Translations under genes and position numbers: made by a program
Assembly (NCBI GenBank): GCA_965203805.1
Contig: OZ241917.1
Location: 4,096,001 to 4,160,000, forward strand
Source of the DNA: Candidatus Latescibacterota bacterium
Lineage (GTDB): Bacteria > Latescibacterota > UBA2968 > GCA-2709665
DNA: 64,000 bases
Reading direction: 5' to 3'
Shown here: positions 19,005 through 30,600 of the stretch, piece after piece
Layout: each line of letters starts with the position of its first letter
How positions within the stretch are numbered: position 1 is the stretch's first letter
The notes under the pieces: model-generated
Databases searched by the model: none
Told to the model about the DNA's origin: nothing
What the model saw: only the letters and a program-made list of their open reading frames with translations

Positions 19005-20741
19005 ATGGCAGACCGCTCAAGCGACAGAATCCGATACGAACCGGACGAGCCATGCCGATTCCATGAGGCGATTGGCGTCGGGATACAGGGTATCATCATC
19101 GGCCTTGCGCCTACGGTACTGATCGTGGCCGTCACCGCCGTCGCCGCCGGCCAGGATGATCGTTACCTTTCGTGGGCCGTCTTTGCGGCGCTCATTATCA
19201 GCGGCTTGGCCACCGTGCTGCAGGCGGCGAGGATCGGGCGGCTGGGCGGCGGTCACGTGCTGATCATGGGCGCGTCGCCCAACTTCATCGCGGTATCGGT
19301 CCTGGCCATCGAGGCGGGCGGAGCGGCCATGCTCGCAAGCCTGATCGTCCTTTCGTCACTCTTCTACCTCGCTGTCGCGACCTGGCTTCCGCAACTTCGG
19401 CGCATCATTACACCCGTCGTTTCCGGTACGGTACTGATGCTGATTGCCGCGATGATCCTTCCCATCGCGTTCGACCGGCTGAAAGAGGTACCAGAGGGGG
19501 CATCTGCGGCTGCCGGCCCGACCGTGGCGGCCGTTACCCTGGCTGTATCCACGGTATTGATGTTGCGGGGATCCGCAGCCTGGCGGCCCTGGTCGCTGTT
19601 GATTGGAATCGCGGCTGGCTGCGCCTCCGCGGCTCCGCTCGGGCTTTACGAATTCGACCGGTTGATTGCAGCGCCGTGGGTGGGCGTTCCCCACAGCGGG
19701 TTTCCAGGATTGGCTCTGGCGCCGACCGGGGGATTCTGGGCGCTGCTGGCGATGTTTCTTATCGTCACCCTCGTACAGGCGATCAAGGGAATCGGCGACG
19801 GGATGGTTGTTCAGCAGGTATCGCGCCGCCGGACCCGGGCGACGGATTTCCGGCTGATCCAGGGCTCAACCTATGCCAATGCGGTTGGCATTCTGCTTTC
19901 GGGCATTGCCGGTACACCGCCCACGACCTCCTATTCGTCATCCACCGTGTCGCTGATCAACCTGACCGGAGTTGCCGCGCGGGGCGCCGGATACGCCGTG
20001 GGATGCCTTCTCGTTGTGCTGGCGTTCTTTCCCAGGGTAACGGGTCTCCTGCTGGTGATTCCCAGCCCGGTCATGGGAGGGTTCCTGCTGGTTGCCATTG
20101 GCATGCTCTTCGTGGAGGGGATCCAGACCCTGTCGCGTGCGGGCCTCGACGCCCGGAAGGCCATCGTGGTCGGCCTGGCGTTCTCCATCGGGCTCGGTAT
20201 GCAAGGCAACAACATCCTCGAGGACCTGTTGGGGAGACCCTGGGGCGTGCTGCTCGGCAACGGGATAACGGTCGGCACCGCCGCGGCGATCGCTTTGACC
20301 GTGTTCCTGGAACTGACCGGTCCGCGTCGCCGACGCCTGGAAGTCCGGCTGGATATTTCGGATCTTCCCCGTATCGACGCGTTTCTGAGAGAGGTTGCGG
20401 ACGGGATGGGATGGGACGCCGCCACGACAGGGCGGTTACGCTCCGCGGGCGAGGAGACCCTGGCGAGTCTTCTGGAGCCGGACAACCCGTATCCTGAGGA
20501 GGATGAGGCGCCGCGCCTGATTGTTGTCGCGCGGACGGAGGGAGAGGCCGTAGAAATGGAATTCGTAGCGGTCTTCGACGAAGAGAACCTGGGGGATCGT
20601 CTCGCGTATCTCGACGAACAGACGCAAACCCTGGACGAAAACGAGTTATCGTTCCGGATGTTACGGCATTACGCTTCTTCAGTCCGGCACCAGAAATACC
20701 ACGGCATGGACATCGTGACCGTGCGGGTGGCTCCCACGTGA
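19005..20741 (+). CDS. Xanthine/uracil (NCS2) permease fused to a C-terminal RsbW-like HATPase-fold domain
   Basis: Many TM helices, YEPDE N-terminus, PVVSGTVLMLI, IPSPVMGG. Soluble tail ISDLPRIDAFL...RLRSAGEETL...FRMLRHYASSVRHQ. Confidence 0.85.
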   Translation: MADRSSDRIRYEPDEPCRFHEAIGVGIQGIIIGLAPTVLIVAVTAVAAGQDDRYLSWAVFAALIISGLATVLQAARIGRLGGGHVLIMGASPNFIAVSVLAIEAGGAAMLASLIVLSSLFYLAVATWLPQLRRIITPVVSGTVLMLIAAMILPIAFDRLKEVPEGASAAAGPTVAAVTLAVSTVLMLRGSAAWRPWSLLIGIAAGCASAAPLGLYEFDRLIAAPWVGVPHSGFPGLALAPTGGFWALLAMFLIVTLVQAIKGIGDGMVVQQVSRRRTRATDFRLIQGSTYANAVGILLSGIAGTPPTTSYSSSTVSLINLTGVAARGAGYAVGCLLVVLAFFPRVTGLLLVIPSPVMGGFLLVAIGMLFVEGIQTLSRAGLDARKAIVVGLAFSIGLGMQGNNILEDLLGRPWGVLLGNGITVGTAAAIALTVFLELTGPRRRRLEVRLDISDLPRIDAFLREVADGMGWDAATTGRLRSAGEETLASLLEPDNPYPEEDEAPRLIVVARTEGEAVEMEFVAVFDEENLGDRLAYLDEQTQTLDENELSFRMLRHYASSVRHQKYHGMDIVTVRVAPT

Positions 20742-20764
20742 ATGAATAAATCGGCCGAACCCTG

Positions 20765-21604
20765 TTACGAGTCGAGGTGCGCCCGGTATTCCTCCAGCAG
20801 CGCGGCAGCTCCCGCCCGGATAAACCCCAATTCCGACGTGGCTTCGAAGAAGGTGGCTCCCCGGCGCGCCCAATCGCCGGCGGAGGCGCCGCTCCATGGC
20901 ATGGTGCCGAAGGCCACGCCGTTCTCTTTGCAGAGATTCAGCGCCGCTTCCATCGGGCCGCGCACCTCAGGGTGATCGAAGTCGCCGGGGTGTCCGAACT
21001 CGATGGAGGTGTCTCCGGGTCCCACGAAGCACATGTCGACCCCCGGAAGGCTCAGAATCTCCTCTGCGTTCCGATACCCCCTCACCGTTTCCAGATGCAC
21101 CACCAGCGCGGTCTCCCGGTCCTGTTCGTCCATCCATCCCTGCCAGTCCGTGACCTCCCGGAAGTCGCTGTTGCCCCATCCGGGCGCCACGGCCCGGGTT
21201 CCAGCCGGGGGAAATTTCAGGTAACCCAGCAGGCGCCGGACCTGTTCGGGTGTCTCCGTTCTGGGAAGCTGGATTCCCACCACGCCCGCTTCCAGCAGCT
21301 TGGCCACTTCCTGGCGTTCGAGCTGGGGCGTCTTGGCGATGACGGGCAATCCATTGTCGCGTGCCGCCAGAATGGTGTCGGCCAGGTCCTGCAGGTCGAA
21401 GAGGCTGTGCTCGTACTCGATGTAGACGAAGTCGAAACCGGCGTGCCGAAACAGTTTGACGAGCGAAGGATGGGCGTACGCTTCAATCGTCGCGCCGATC
21501 AGCAGGTCCCCCCGTTTCAGCCGCGCCTTGAGGTGTCGTCCCGGCCCCCCTTCAGGGTACCAGGGATTGTCAACGCCCTTGCCTGTCTTCGGATCTACTG
21601 GCAT
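20765..21604 (-). CDS. HpcH/HpaI aldolase/citrate lyase family protein
   Basis: AGFDFVYIEYEH, LLEAGVVGIQLP, KFPPAGTR, HLET, FVGPGD. Confidence 0.9.
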   Translation of the reverse strand: MPVDPKTGKGVDNPWYPEGGPGRHLKARLKRGDLLIGATIEAYAHPSLVKLFRHAGFDFVYIEYEHSLFDLQDLADTILAARDNGLPVIAKTPQLERQEVAKLLEAGVVGIQLPRTETPEQVRRLLGYLKFPPAGTRAVAPGWGNSDFREVTDWQGWMDEQDRETALVVHLETVRGYRNAEEILSLPGVDMCFVGPGDTSIEFGHPGDFDHPEVRGPMEAALNLCKENGVAFGTMPWSGASAGDWARRGATFFEATSELGFIRAGAAALLEEYRAHLDS

Positions 21605-21704
21605 AAGGCCTCCCGGTTTGCATCCGCGGTCGATCGAATCGGGTTCGGTGAAAGTCGCCGTGACGACCCGGTCGGTTTCGAGGCGGACCTGTGGTCACGC
21701 AACT

Positions 21705-22409
21705 TCAGATGGGGATCCTGGAGATCGAAATGTAGCCATTGAAACAGGCGTCAACGTCGCTTCCGGGTTGTCGGGGACGCTCCTGATAGACGCCGGTATA
21801 GCGATAATCGCTTCCGCTTCGCTTGAACGTGATCGCCCGCGGGCTCCTGTCGACGGGAGTCAGTCGGGTTTCAAGACCCACCCTGTCGTGTTCCGGGTGG
21901 GGCAGATTCACGTTGAAAAAACACCCCGCTTCAAGTGTCTCGCTCAGTACCCTGTCCAGAACGGGCTGGAGCCGGTCTGCTGCAAGCGGCCAGTCTATGG
22001 ACCGGCCTTTCGCTCTATATTGTGACAGGGCGATGGCTTTCCGTCCGAGAATCGCCGCCTCGCGGGCAGCGCCTACGGTCCCTGAATCGTAGACATCCAC
22101 GCCAAGATTGCTGCCGTTATTGATTCCGGAGAGCACCCAGTCGCAATCGGGCGCCAGCCGGCTGAGGGCCAGGCGAGTGCAGTCGGCGGGCGTTCCCCAG
22201 ACCTTGAACCGTTTTTCCGACAGCCTGTCCACACGGATGGGTTCTTCGGTCGTCAATCTGTGTCCGACACCCGATTGCGGCTCCGCAGGCGCGACAACGA
22301 CGACCTCACCCTTCTGCGACGCCAGGCCCACCAGCGTTTTCAGACCCTCCGCTTCGATGCCGTCGTCGTTCGTAACGATCAATTTCACGATCCGCTCCCG
22401 GTCAGGCAC
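21705..22409 (-). CDS. surE: 5'/3'-nucleotidase SurE
   Basis: VTNDDG, APAEPQSG, GTPADC, SGINNGSNLG, SGTVGAA, NVNLP. Confidence 0.95.
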   Translation of the reverse strand: MPDRERIVKLIVTNDDGIEAEGLKTLVGLASQKGEVVVVAPAEPQSGVGHRLTTEEPIRVDRLSEKRFKVWGTPADCTRLALSRLAPDCDWVLSGINNGSNLGVDVYDSGTVGAAREAAILGRKAIALSQYRAKGRSIDWPLAADRLQPVLDRVLSETLEAGCFFNVNLPHPEHDRVGLETRLTPVDRSPRAITFKRSGSDYRYTGVYQERPRQPGSDVDACFNGYISISRIPI

Positions 22410-22997
22410 TTATTGCGGCGTCGCCCGCGGCGCCCGGGGAAGATCGGGACCCGTCCGATGAAGAGGCTTCTTCAACAGGCGACCCCAGTGTGTGTCATAC
22501 GGATGGACGACGCGCACCCGTTCCTTGCCGCGGTACAGCGGCCGTCCTTCGTTGGCCCATCTGAAAATCGACCCTTCCAGGTTGAAAACCTTCGTATAGC
22601 CCTTTTTCATCAGAAATCCGGCAAGTTCAGACGAGCGATAACCGACGGAACAATACAGGACGATGCGACGGTTCGCGGGCGCGTCCTGGAGCGCCTCCAT
22701 TGCCTCGTCATTCGATGGCGCCGGATGGGCGCCGCGCAAGTGGCTGACCGCGAATTCATCCGGTTCCCGCACGTCCAGGAGAGTGAGATGGTCAAGCTTT
22801 GGCGATTCGTCGAGCCACGACTGCAGGGTATCGGCGGAGATATGGGCCACCTCGGGAAAACCGGCGCGGATCTTTTCCAGCGTTTCGGACCAGCGCCCGG
22901 CCGTAGCGCCGGCTTCGTCCTGCGCATCGACACCGCGGGGCGCCAACGCCGTAAAGCCAGTCCAAATCGCGAGGTAAAGTACGAGCGGCAGCGCCAT
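22410..22997 (-). CDS. Exported rhodanese-like domain protein
   Basis: Signal-peptide-like N-terminus, LLDVRE, VSHLRGA, LYCSVGYRS, NLEGSIFRW. Start uncertain (22997 ATG or 23030 GTG). Confidence 0.85.
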   Translation of the reverse strand: MALPLVLYLAIWTGFTALAPRGVDAQDEAGATAGRWSETLEKIRAGFPEVAHISADTLQSWLDESPKLDHLTLLDVREPDEFAVSHLRGAHPAPSNDEAMEALQDAPANRRIVLYCSVGYRSSELAGFLMKKGYTKVFNLEGSIFRWANEGRPLYRGKERVRVVHPYDTHWGRLLKKPLHRTGPDLPRAPRATPQ

Positions 22998-23226
22998 CCG
23001 GAATTGAAGAAGGTCGGGTCGATTGCTCACAACCGGGAGTCCCCACTGATCGCGACAGGCGCCGCGTGCGCCGGCTGCATACGATCGGCAGTTGAGAGAC
23101 GACGGCTTAAAATGCATGCGGGAGGGGCAAAGGGCGCGGTTCGGCAGCGCCCTCATCCTTCGCCGGGAGGCGAAAAGAAAAACCGGACGGACGCGGAGCA
23201 CATCTGACCTCGCATTGGCGCGGAGG

Positions 23227-24156
23227 TCAGATCAGGGAATGGCTTTCGAGAAACTCACGCATCGCCGAAACGCATTCCTCTGGCTGTTCCAGCTGTAGAA
23301 GGTGGGTTGTTTCAGGCAGGAAATCGTAGTCCACCGTGAGAATATGACTGAGATCCAGTGTCGGCAGATATGAGTAGGGCAGGGTAGGATCGGCGCCGAT
23401 GACCTTCAGTGGGCATCGAAACCTATCAAAGTCGACCAAAACCGCAAACGTGCGGGCATAGTCTACGATTCGCGCTTCGAATTCACGCGGGCACCGGAGT
23501 TCATAACCCTGCCCGTCCTCGCATTTGCGCAACGTTGTCCTTGCCACAAGTTCCAGAACCCCCGGCACGGCGCGCTGGTAGACCGGCAGGTATCTGAGGA
23601 GATCCGCAAACTGATGCCTGGAACTGAACCTGGGCGTCCTGTGCCGGGTCATCGCGGCTGTGCGCGTGACCGCGGCGTCGAATTCTTCGTAATCGTCATC
23701 GGGCTTGCAAAGGGGTGGATCGAACAGTACGCAAGCCGAGAACTCGCAGCCGAAAGAGGGTGACAAGAGCGAGATCAGACCGGATACCGAATGAAATACG
23801 CCAATTTTCGGTTTTGAGCCGTAGTGACGGTCGATCGCATCCAGAATCCGGTCGTGGTCCTGAACCAATGTTGGAATACTGTGCTTTTGCAGATCGCCGA
23901 CCCTGTTCCAACCATGGTTTCTGAGGTCGAATACAAACAGGTCGAATTCGTCGATCAGGAGCGTCCAGAACGGGTAGTAGAGATCAATCGCTAGACCGTT
24001 GCCATGGCTGAGCACGAGCCGCGGTCCATCCGGATTTCCGTGACGGCGCAATACGGTGAAGGTATCATCGTCGATCCAAACTTCGCGAATCGAATGCGGC
24101 TCCGGTATTTCCCATACCGGTTCTGGAGTTGTAGACAAGTCCTCGCTCTTTCTCAC
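23227..24156 (-). CDS. Alpha/beta hydrolase associated with the sup PKS cluster
   Basis: LSHGNG, FDLRNHG, nucleophile elbow variant VFHSVSG, C-terminal TTHLLQLEQP. Directly downstream of the ACP and PKS. Confidence 0.85.
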   Translation of the reverse strand: MRKSEDLSTTPEPVWEIPEPHSIREVWIDDDTFTVLRRHGNPDGPRLVLSHGNGLAIDLYYPFWTLLIDEFDLFVFDLRNHGWNRVGDLQKHSIPTLVQDHDRILDAIDRHYGSKPKIGVFHSVSGLISLLSPSFGCEFSACVLFDPPLCKPDDDYEEFDAAVTRTAAMTRHRTPRFSSRHQFADLLRYLPVYQRAVPGVLELVARTTLRKCEDGQGYELRCPREFEARIVDYARTFAVLVDFDRFRCPLKVIGADPTLPYSYLPTLDLSHILTVDYDFLPETTHLLQLEQPEECVSAMREFLESHSLI

Positions 24157-24271
24157 GAGTCATCGTCGAACCGCCGACGCATTCGCCCGTTGAGCAAGCA
24201 GCTAATCTCAGGGAACCAGATGGCAAAGAAAGCGGTGTTTGCAATCAACGATGGCCGACCGCACGGGGTCT

Positions 24272-24517
24272 TCAGCCGGACTGGGAATCGACGTGCTCGA
24301 TAAGGGCCTGGACGGTGTTGACGTTCGCACAGTCTTCGGGAGTAAACGAAACGTTGAACTCGCGCGCGACAACTCTTCCGAAAGAAACGAGATCGAGAGA
24401 GGACACGCCGAGATCCAGGAGGCTGACATTCAGGTTCTCCTGAAGCGCGACCGCCTCCCCGTCTACTTCGAGATTGTCCGCGACAAGCTGTCTGATACGT
24501 TCTTCCGTCGACGCCAT
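24272..24517 (-). CDS. supB: Stand-alone acyl carrier protein (SupB-like)
   Basis: Small acidic protein with SLLDLGVSSLDLV phosphopantetheine-site motif; follows the supA-like PKS. Confidence 0.8.
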   Translation of the reverse strand: MASTEERIRQLVADNLEVDGEAVALQENLNVSLLDLGVSSLDLVSFGRVVAREFNVSFTPEDCANVNTVQALIEHVDSQSG

Positions 24518-24694
24518 GGTTACGATCCTTTCAGTGAGGTGGATGTTTGTGACGGAAAGCAAATATAGAAATGGTCGAGCGTCAAGTCAAATCGTTTTTT
24601 TGGGACGGAATGAAGCCCAAAAAAACAATCTCGTATGACACTAATTTTGTTTCGTCACTTTTCGGTGACGTTAACCCGAGGCGCGGCACGCTCG

Positions 24695-27600
24695 TTAAAT
24701 CCAGTGGCGGCGGCGCTGGAACGGGTAGCCCGGGAGGGAGACGCGGCGTCGCCGTTCACCCGAGAACAGACCGTCGAACGAAACCGCCAGCCCCGCCTCA
24801 TACGCGCCCGCGACCGCCTCGATGAATCGGTCGCAGCACGCCCCCGCATCGTCACCGGATGGCCGCGGCAGGCTGGAAAGCACAACCGGCGCCTCCCCGC
24901 CATTCACGGATTCAGGCCGCGCCCCCGCTGAATCGGAGCCGTTCACAGCGTCCGGCCCGATCTCGATCACGACATTCACCCCGGTTTCGACCAGGGTTTC
25001 GAAACAACGATTCAGTCTCGCCGGTTCGTTCATCTGGCGGCGCCAGTACTCGCCTTCACGGGCGTCGCCGGGGTCGACAAAGCGCCCCGTGGCGCCACTT
25101 ATCATGTCGACCGTCGGAGGTGCAGTCGCGGATTTCTCCAAAGGTGCTTCCCCGTCCCGGGAAGCCGCAATTCGCAATCCCTCCTCCAGACTGATTACCC
25201 CCGCCGCCCTGGCTGCCGCGAGTTCGCCAATGTCCCGGCCAAGGACCACGTTCGGTCGGATACCCACACTGGACCACAATTCCGTAAGCGCGCAATGCAG
25301 CGCGTAGATCGCCGGCTGCGTCCTGTCAGGGTCCTCGAGGGCGTCGTCTGATTCCGCAGGCCGGAACAGGACCTCCAACAGAGGGCCGCCTCGCATGTCG
25401 CGAAAAACCTCGTCGCAGCGATCCAGAATCATCCGCACAACGGGTTCCGTTTCGTAGAGCGAACGGCCCATGCCTGCCTGGTGGCTGTCCCTCCCCGCGT
25501 AGACGAACGCCACCTTCGCGGCTGTCACGGGTACCAACCCACCCTCGCCCAGCGCCACGGTCTCCACTCCTTCACGAAGCGACGCGACGTCGTTGAACGC
25601 CACGCCCGCCCTGTAGTCGAAATGGCTCCTGCCCACCCCCGCGGTCCAGGCCATATCGGCGAGCAGTTCCGTTTGATCTGCGTGGGAATACGTCTTTTCG
25701 TCCAGCCAGGCCGCGTAGCGTGCCGCAAGCTCCCGGAGCGCTTCCTCGGCCTTCCCGGACAGGGGCAGAAACCGGGTTTGCCGCTTCTGCAACCGGCCAT
25801 CCTCCGGCAGCGGCAGGTCCGCGACCGGCTCCGGCAACGAAATGGATACCCGTTGAGCGGACCCGGCGGAAAGGAGTCCCGAATCCGGACTGCCGCCGGC
25901 CGGGTCTCCATATCCCTCCACGACGACGTGGGCGTTAGATCCCGATATCCCGAATGCGCTCACTCCCGCTCTGGACGGCCTGTCGGGGTGATGGGGCCAG
26001 CCCGTTGCCTCGGATGTCACGCGTACAGGCAGCTGGCTCCAGTCCAGGTTCGGGTTAGGATCCCGGAAGTGCAGATGCCTGGGAATCATCCCGTGCTTCA
26101 TCGCCAGCACCGTCTTGATCAGGCCGGCAATCCCGGCAACCGTCTCCAGGTGCCCGACGTTGGTCTTCACAGAACCGACAAGCAGCGGGCGGTCCGCTTC
26201 GCGTTCGCGGCCGTACACCGCCGCCGCCGCCTGCAACTCAATGGAATCGCCCATGGCGGATCCGGCCCCGTGAGCCTCCAGGTAGTCCACGTCGGATGGA
26301 GCGATACCCGCTCTTGCCAGCGCCGCCTCGATCAGGCGTTCCTGCGCGGGGCCGTTCGGAACGGTCGGACCGGCCGCAGCACCGTTCTGATTGACCGCTG
26401 AGCCCCGGACCACCCCCCAGATGCGGTCGCCGTCCGCTTCCGCATCCGCGAGTCGCTTCAGAACGACCATGCCGCAACCGTCTCCGCGAACGAAGCCGTT
26501 CGCGGAGCCATCGAAGGCCTTGCACCGCCCCTCCGGCGACAACATCCCCAGTTCCGCCATCTCTCTGGTCAACCTCGGCGACAGGACAGCGTTCACGCCG
26601 CCAACCAGGACAAGGTCGACTTCGCCCTCCCGCAATCCCGTCACTGCCTGGTGCACGGCCACCAGGGACGAAGCACAGTTCAACTCCACGGGTATCGCCG
26701 GCCCCTCCAGACCCAGCACGAACGCGACCCGTCCGACGGTCATGCTGGCGGAGGTACCCAGGTAACTGATATCGTGGTCGCCGCCTGCCATCAGGTCCCT
26801 GTATTCGCTGGCGGCGATGCCGGAATAAACCCCTGTTCGGCTTCCCCTCAACCGCCCGGGATCGATGCCGGCATCCTCGAGTGCCTGCCAACTCGTCTCC
26901 AGCAGCATTCGCTGCTGAGGATCCATCATGCGTGCCTCGATGGGCGCAATCCGGAAGAAACGCGCGTCGAACCCGTCGATCCCATCCACAAATCCGCCAC
27001 TGCGGTACACGTTGAATCCACCGGTGAGTTCCTCGGCGCAATTGCCCGTGGTTCCGGAATTCCAGCGACCGTCCGTCACCGCGTTCGCGCCGGCATCGAG
27101 TTGCTTCCAGAATTCCATGACGTCTGAAGCGCCCGGGAATCTGCACGCCATACCGACGATCGCGACGCCGTTTTCCTCTCGTGGAGGGGTCGGTACGCGC
27201 TCAGGCTCAGGTTGCGCCTCAGGGGCAGGCGTGGGCGCGCTCTCGATCTCACCCAGTTCTCCGACGAGGTGTCCGGCGAGGCTGGCGATATCCGGGTAGT
27301 CGAATACCAGCGTGTTGGGCGCTACGTAGTGCCCGGCGAAAGCCCGGTTCAGCCGGTTCCGGAGTTCCACCGCCATCAGCGAGTCGATACCCAGATCGAA
27401 GAAGCCCACCGCGGGCGCGGGTGCCGCCGGCAGCCTCAACACCGCTTGAACTTCCTGCTGCAGAAAGGAAACGAACAATTCTTCGCGTCCCGCCGCCGGC
27501 GTGACCTCCAGCATGGAAAGCAGGTCTTCCGACGCGCCTGAAGCGTCCTCCGAGGCATCCTCGGCCGCCGGCAGCAGGTCTTCGAACAGGGACGCGCGGC

Positions 27601-30600
27601 CCTCGACGGCCTCTCCGAACACGGACCAGTCCGCCGCCAGAACGACCGAAGTCGTGGGATCGTCCCGCAGCAGCCGGTCAAACACCCTGAGGCCCTGTTC
27701 CGGGCTGAACCAGCCGGTTCCGGCCGCCTCGCGCCTGCGGGCAATCCGCTCCCGCTGCTCCTCGGCCTCGCCGAGTCCGGACCAGGCGCCCCAGGCGATG
27801 GCCTGGCCGGGAAGCCCAAGCGCGCGCCGGTGGGCGGCGAGTTGATCGAGGAACGTGTTGGCCGCCGCGTGGTTCGCCTGGCCCGGATTGCCCAGGATCC
27901 CGGCCACGCTCGAGAACAGGACGAAGAGGTCCAGATCGCAGTCGGCGGTGGACCGGTGCAGATGCCAGGCGCCAAGGACCTTCGGCCGAAGAACCTGCTC
28001 GAACCGCTCCCGGCTCTGATTCGCAAGCGAAGCATCGGACAGCACACCCACGCTGTGGATCACGCCCCCCAGCGGCGGCAGTTCCCCCTTGATCCGCTCG
28101 AACATTGCGTCCACCGCCCCGGCATCCGTCACATCGGCCAACTCCACCCGCACCGTAACGCCGCGTTCCCGGAGCGCTGCGATGGTTTCCTCCGCCTCCG
28201 GGTCCGGAGCCCGCCGGCCGTTCAATACGATGGCCCCCGCACCCCGCTCCGCCAGCCATCCGGCCAGGGCGCACCCGATTCCTCCCAGGCCGCCGGTCAC
28301 CAGGTAGGTCCGGTCCTGACGCAGCCGGCCGTCAACGAGCGATGGCCGGGTCAATACGATCTTCCCGATGTGCCTCGCGTCGCGCATGTACTCCATCGCG
28401 GCTCCGGCCTCGGCCAGCGGCCACCGGCTGTGGATGAGGGGCTTCAATTCTCCCGCTTCGAGTCGCTCCATTATGTTCCGGAGCGCCGCTCCCGGCCGCG
28501 CCGGATCCTGCTCCTTGAGGACATCCAACTCCAGGATGGCGTATGCGACGTCCGGCCGCACAGCCGCCATCTCTTCCTCGCTCAGGATGTCGCGCCGGGC
28601 CAATTCCACGAATCTGCCGCCTTTCCGGAGGCAGGCCAGACTCGCATCGATGAAACCCTCTCCCGTAAGGCTGTTCAACACCACGTCCACACCCGCGCCG
28701 TCCGTGGCCTCCAGGATCTCCCCGCCGAAGTTCGTCGTTCGGCTGTCGAAAATCTGCGTCACGCCGAGCGATCGGAGATACGCCTGCTTGGATGCGCTCG
28801 CGGTGGCGAAGACCTCCGCGCCGGCGGCCTGCGCCAATTGGACGGCCGCGAGCCCCACGCCGCCCGCGGCGGCGTGGATCAGTACCCGCTCGCCCGCCTT
28901 CAGGTCTGCAATATCGAAAGACAGCGCGGTGGTCACGAACACGGTGGGCATCGTGGCGAGGGATGCGACCGGGATCCCCGCGGGCGCAAGCGCCACCAGT
29001 TCCTCCCTCGTCACCACTTCCGGTCCGAATGTGCCGAATGCCAGGCCGACCACACGGTCGCCCGCGGAGACGGTTGAAGTTCCGGGACCGACCTCTACGA
29101 TCCGGCCGCACATCTCCTCGCCCATCAGGCCTTCACCCACCAGGCCCATGCCCCGGAACACGTCGAGAAAGTTCAGCCCGCGGGCTTCGACCGTGACACG
29201 AACTTCCCCTGGCTCCAGGGAACGCGCCGGCAACGGCTGGACCTGGAGCTCCTGGAGCGAGCCGCCGGCGGCGGGGGCCAACAGCCAGTCGGAACCCTCC
29301 GGCAGGGCCAGCCGCGCCTCGGTACGAACCAGGCGGGCAACCCGGCGGCGGCCGGTCCGATACGCGATCTGAGTCTCCGGATCGGGGAACAGCAGTTCTT
29401 CGGTGAAGTCGGCCGGCAGTTCCGCATCGGGATCGAGATCGATCATCTTCGGATTCAGGTGCGCCGCTTCCCTGGCCACCACTCTGCCGAAACCCCACAA
29501 AGTCGCTCCGCCAAGCTGACCCGCGCGCTCCCGCTCCAGGATCTGCGCGCCCCGTGTGACGAACCACACGCCCTGCGCGGGGGTCATGTCGGCATCGATC
29601 ACGCCCTGCGTCAGCGCCAGCGCGCTGGCCGCCGCTTGTCTCGCATCCTCTCCCATTTCCTCCGTGGTCGCCGCCGCCCCATGACCGTCCAGCGCCGCGA
29701 GATGCACGATACCGCCAAGGGGCACATCGCCGGGCAATCCCTCCAGAAGGGACCGCCACGACTCGCGCCGTTCCATCTCCAGGGTGCTTCTGACAACGCC
29801 GTTCGCTTCGTGGGCGGATTCCTCCGTTTCCGTCGATTCCGCGCCCGCCAGCACAACCGTCTGGTTTCGCGCTGCGAGTTGGGCGGCCAGCGCTGTGGCG
29901 ACGCCGCCCCGGTCCCCCGCGAGAACCCATGCGGCCGGCGGGAGGAGCACCTCCGCCGGTCCCTGCGCCACGATCACGCCCCGGTCGGGCAACCCGGCCG
30001 ACTCGGACTCGTCGACGCCAAGGATCTCGACCTCGCCGAAACCCACGTCACCGAGGGCTCGCCGCCACACGTCCGGTCCCGCAAGGGCGTGGTCCGAACG
30101 GTACTGATCGGCGAATCGCCACCAGCCGTCCAGCTGTCCGAATATCAGGTCCATCCAGCCCCTGCCGCGCTGGTTCTCCAGCGCGACAAGCTGTCCCGAC
30201 GGCGCCAGAAGCTCCCGGCAGTGCGCCAGCGTCTGGTCGAGATACTGCGTCGCGTGCAGCACGTTTGCGGCAATCACCAGGTCATACGCGTGGGCCCCAT
30301 AGCCCTGAGCCGCCGGCTCCTTCTCAATATCCAGCACGCGGTATTCGATGGGCGCATCCGCCTGGTCGAAACGCGCCTCCGCGTCCGCGAAGAAGCCCGC
30401 GGAGATGTCGGTGTAGGTGTAGTCGAAACGCCCGGCAGGAAGCCCCGGCAGGACGCACTCGGTCGCCGATCCGATGCCCGCGCCGACTTCGAGCACCCGT
30501 AGCCGCCGCCCCTCCGGCAGCCCGGCCGCGAGGGTCTGCACCACCTCTCCCAGCATCTGGTTCGCCGCTCGCCACACGGGCGCCCTGCGGTAGAGATCGG

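Noticed and set aside
19172-20497. 441-aa alternative-frame ORF within the permease
   Set aside because: Low-complexity Arg/Gly-rich off-frame product of high GC content.
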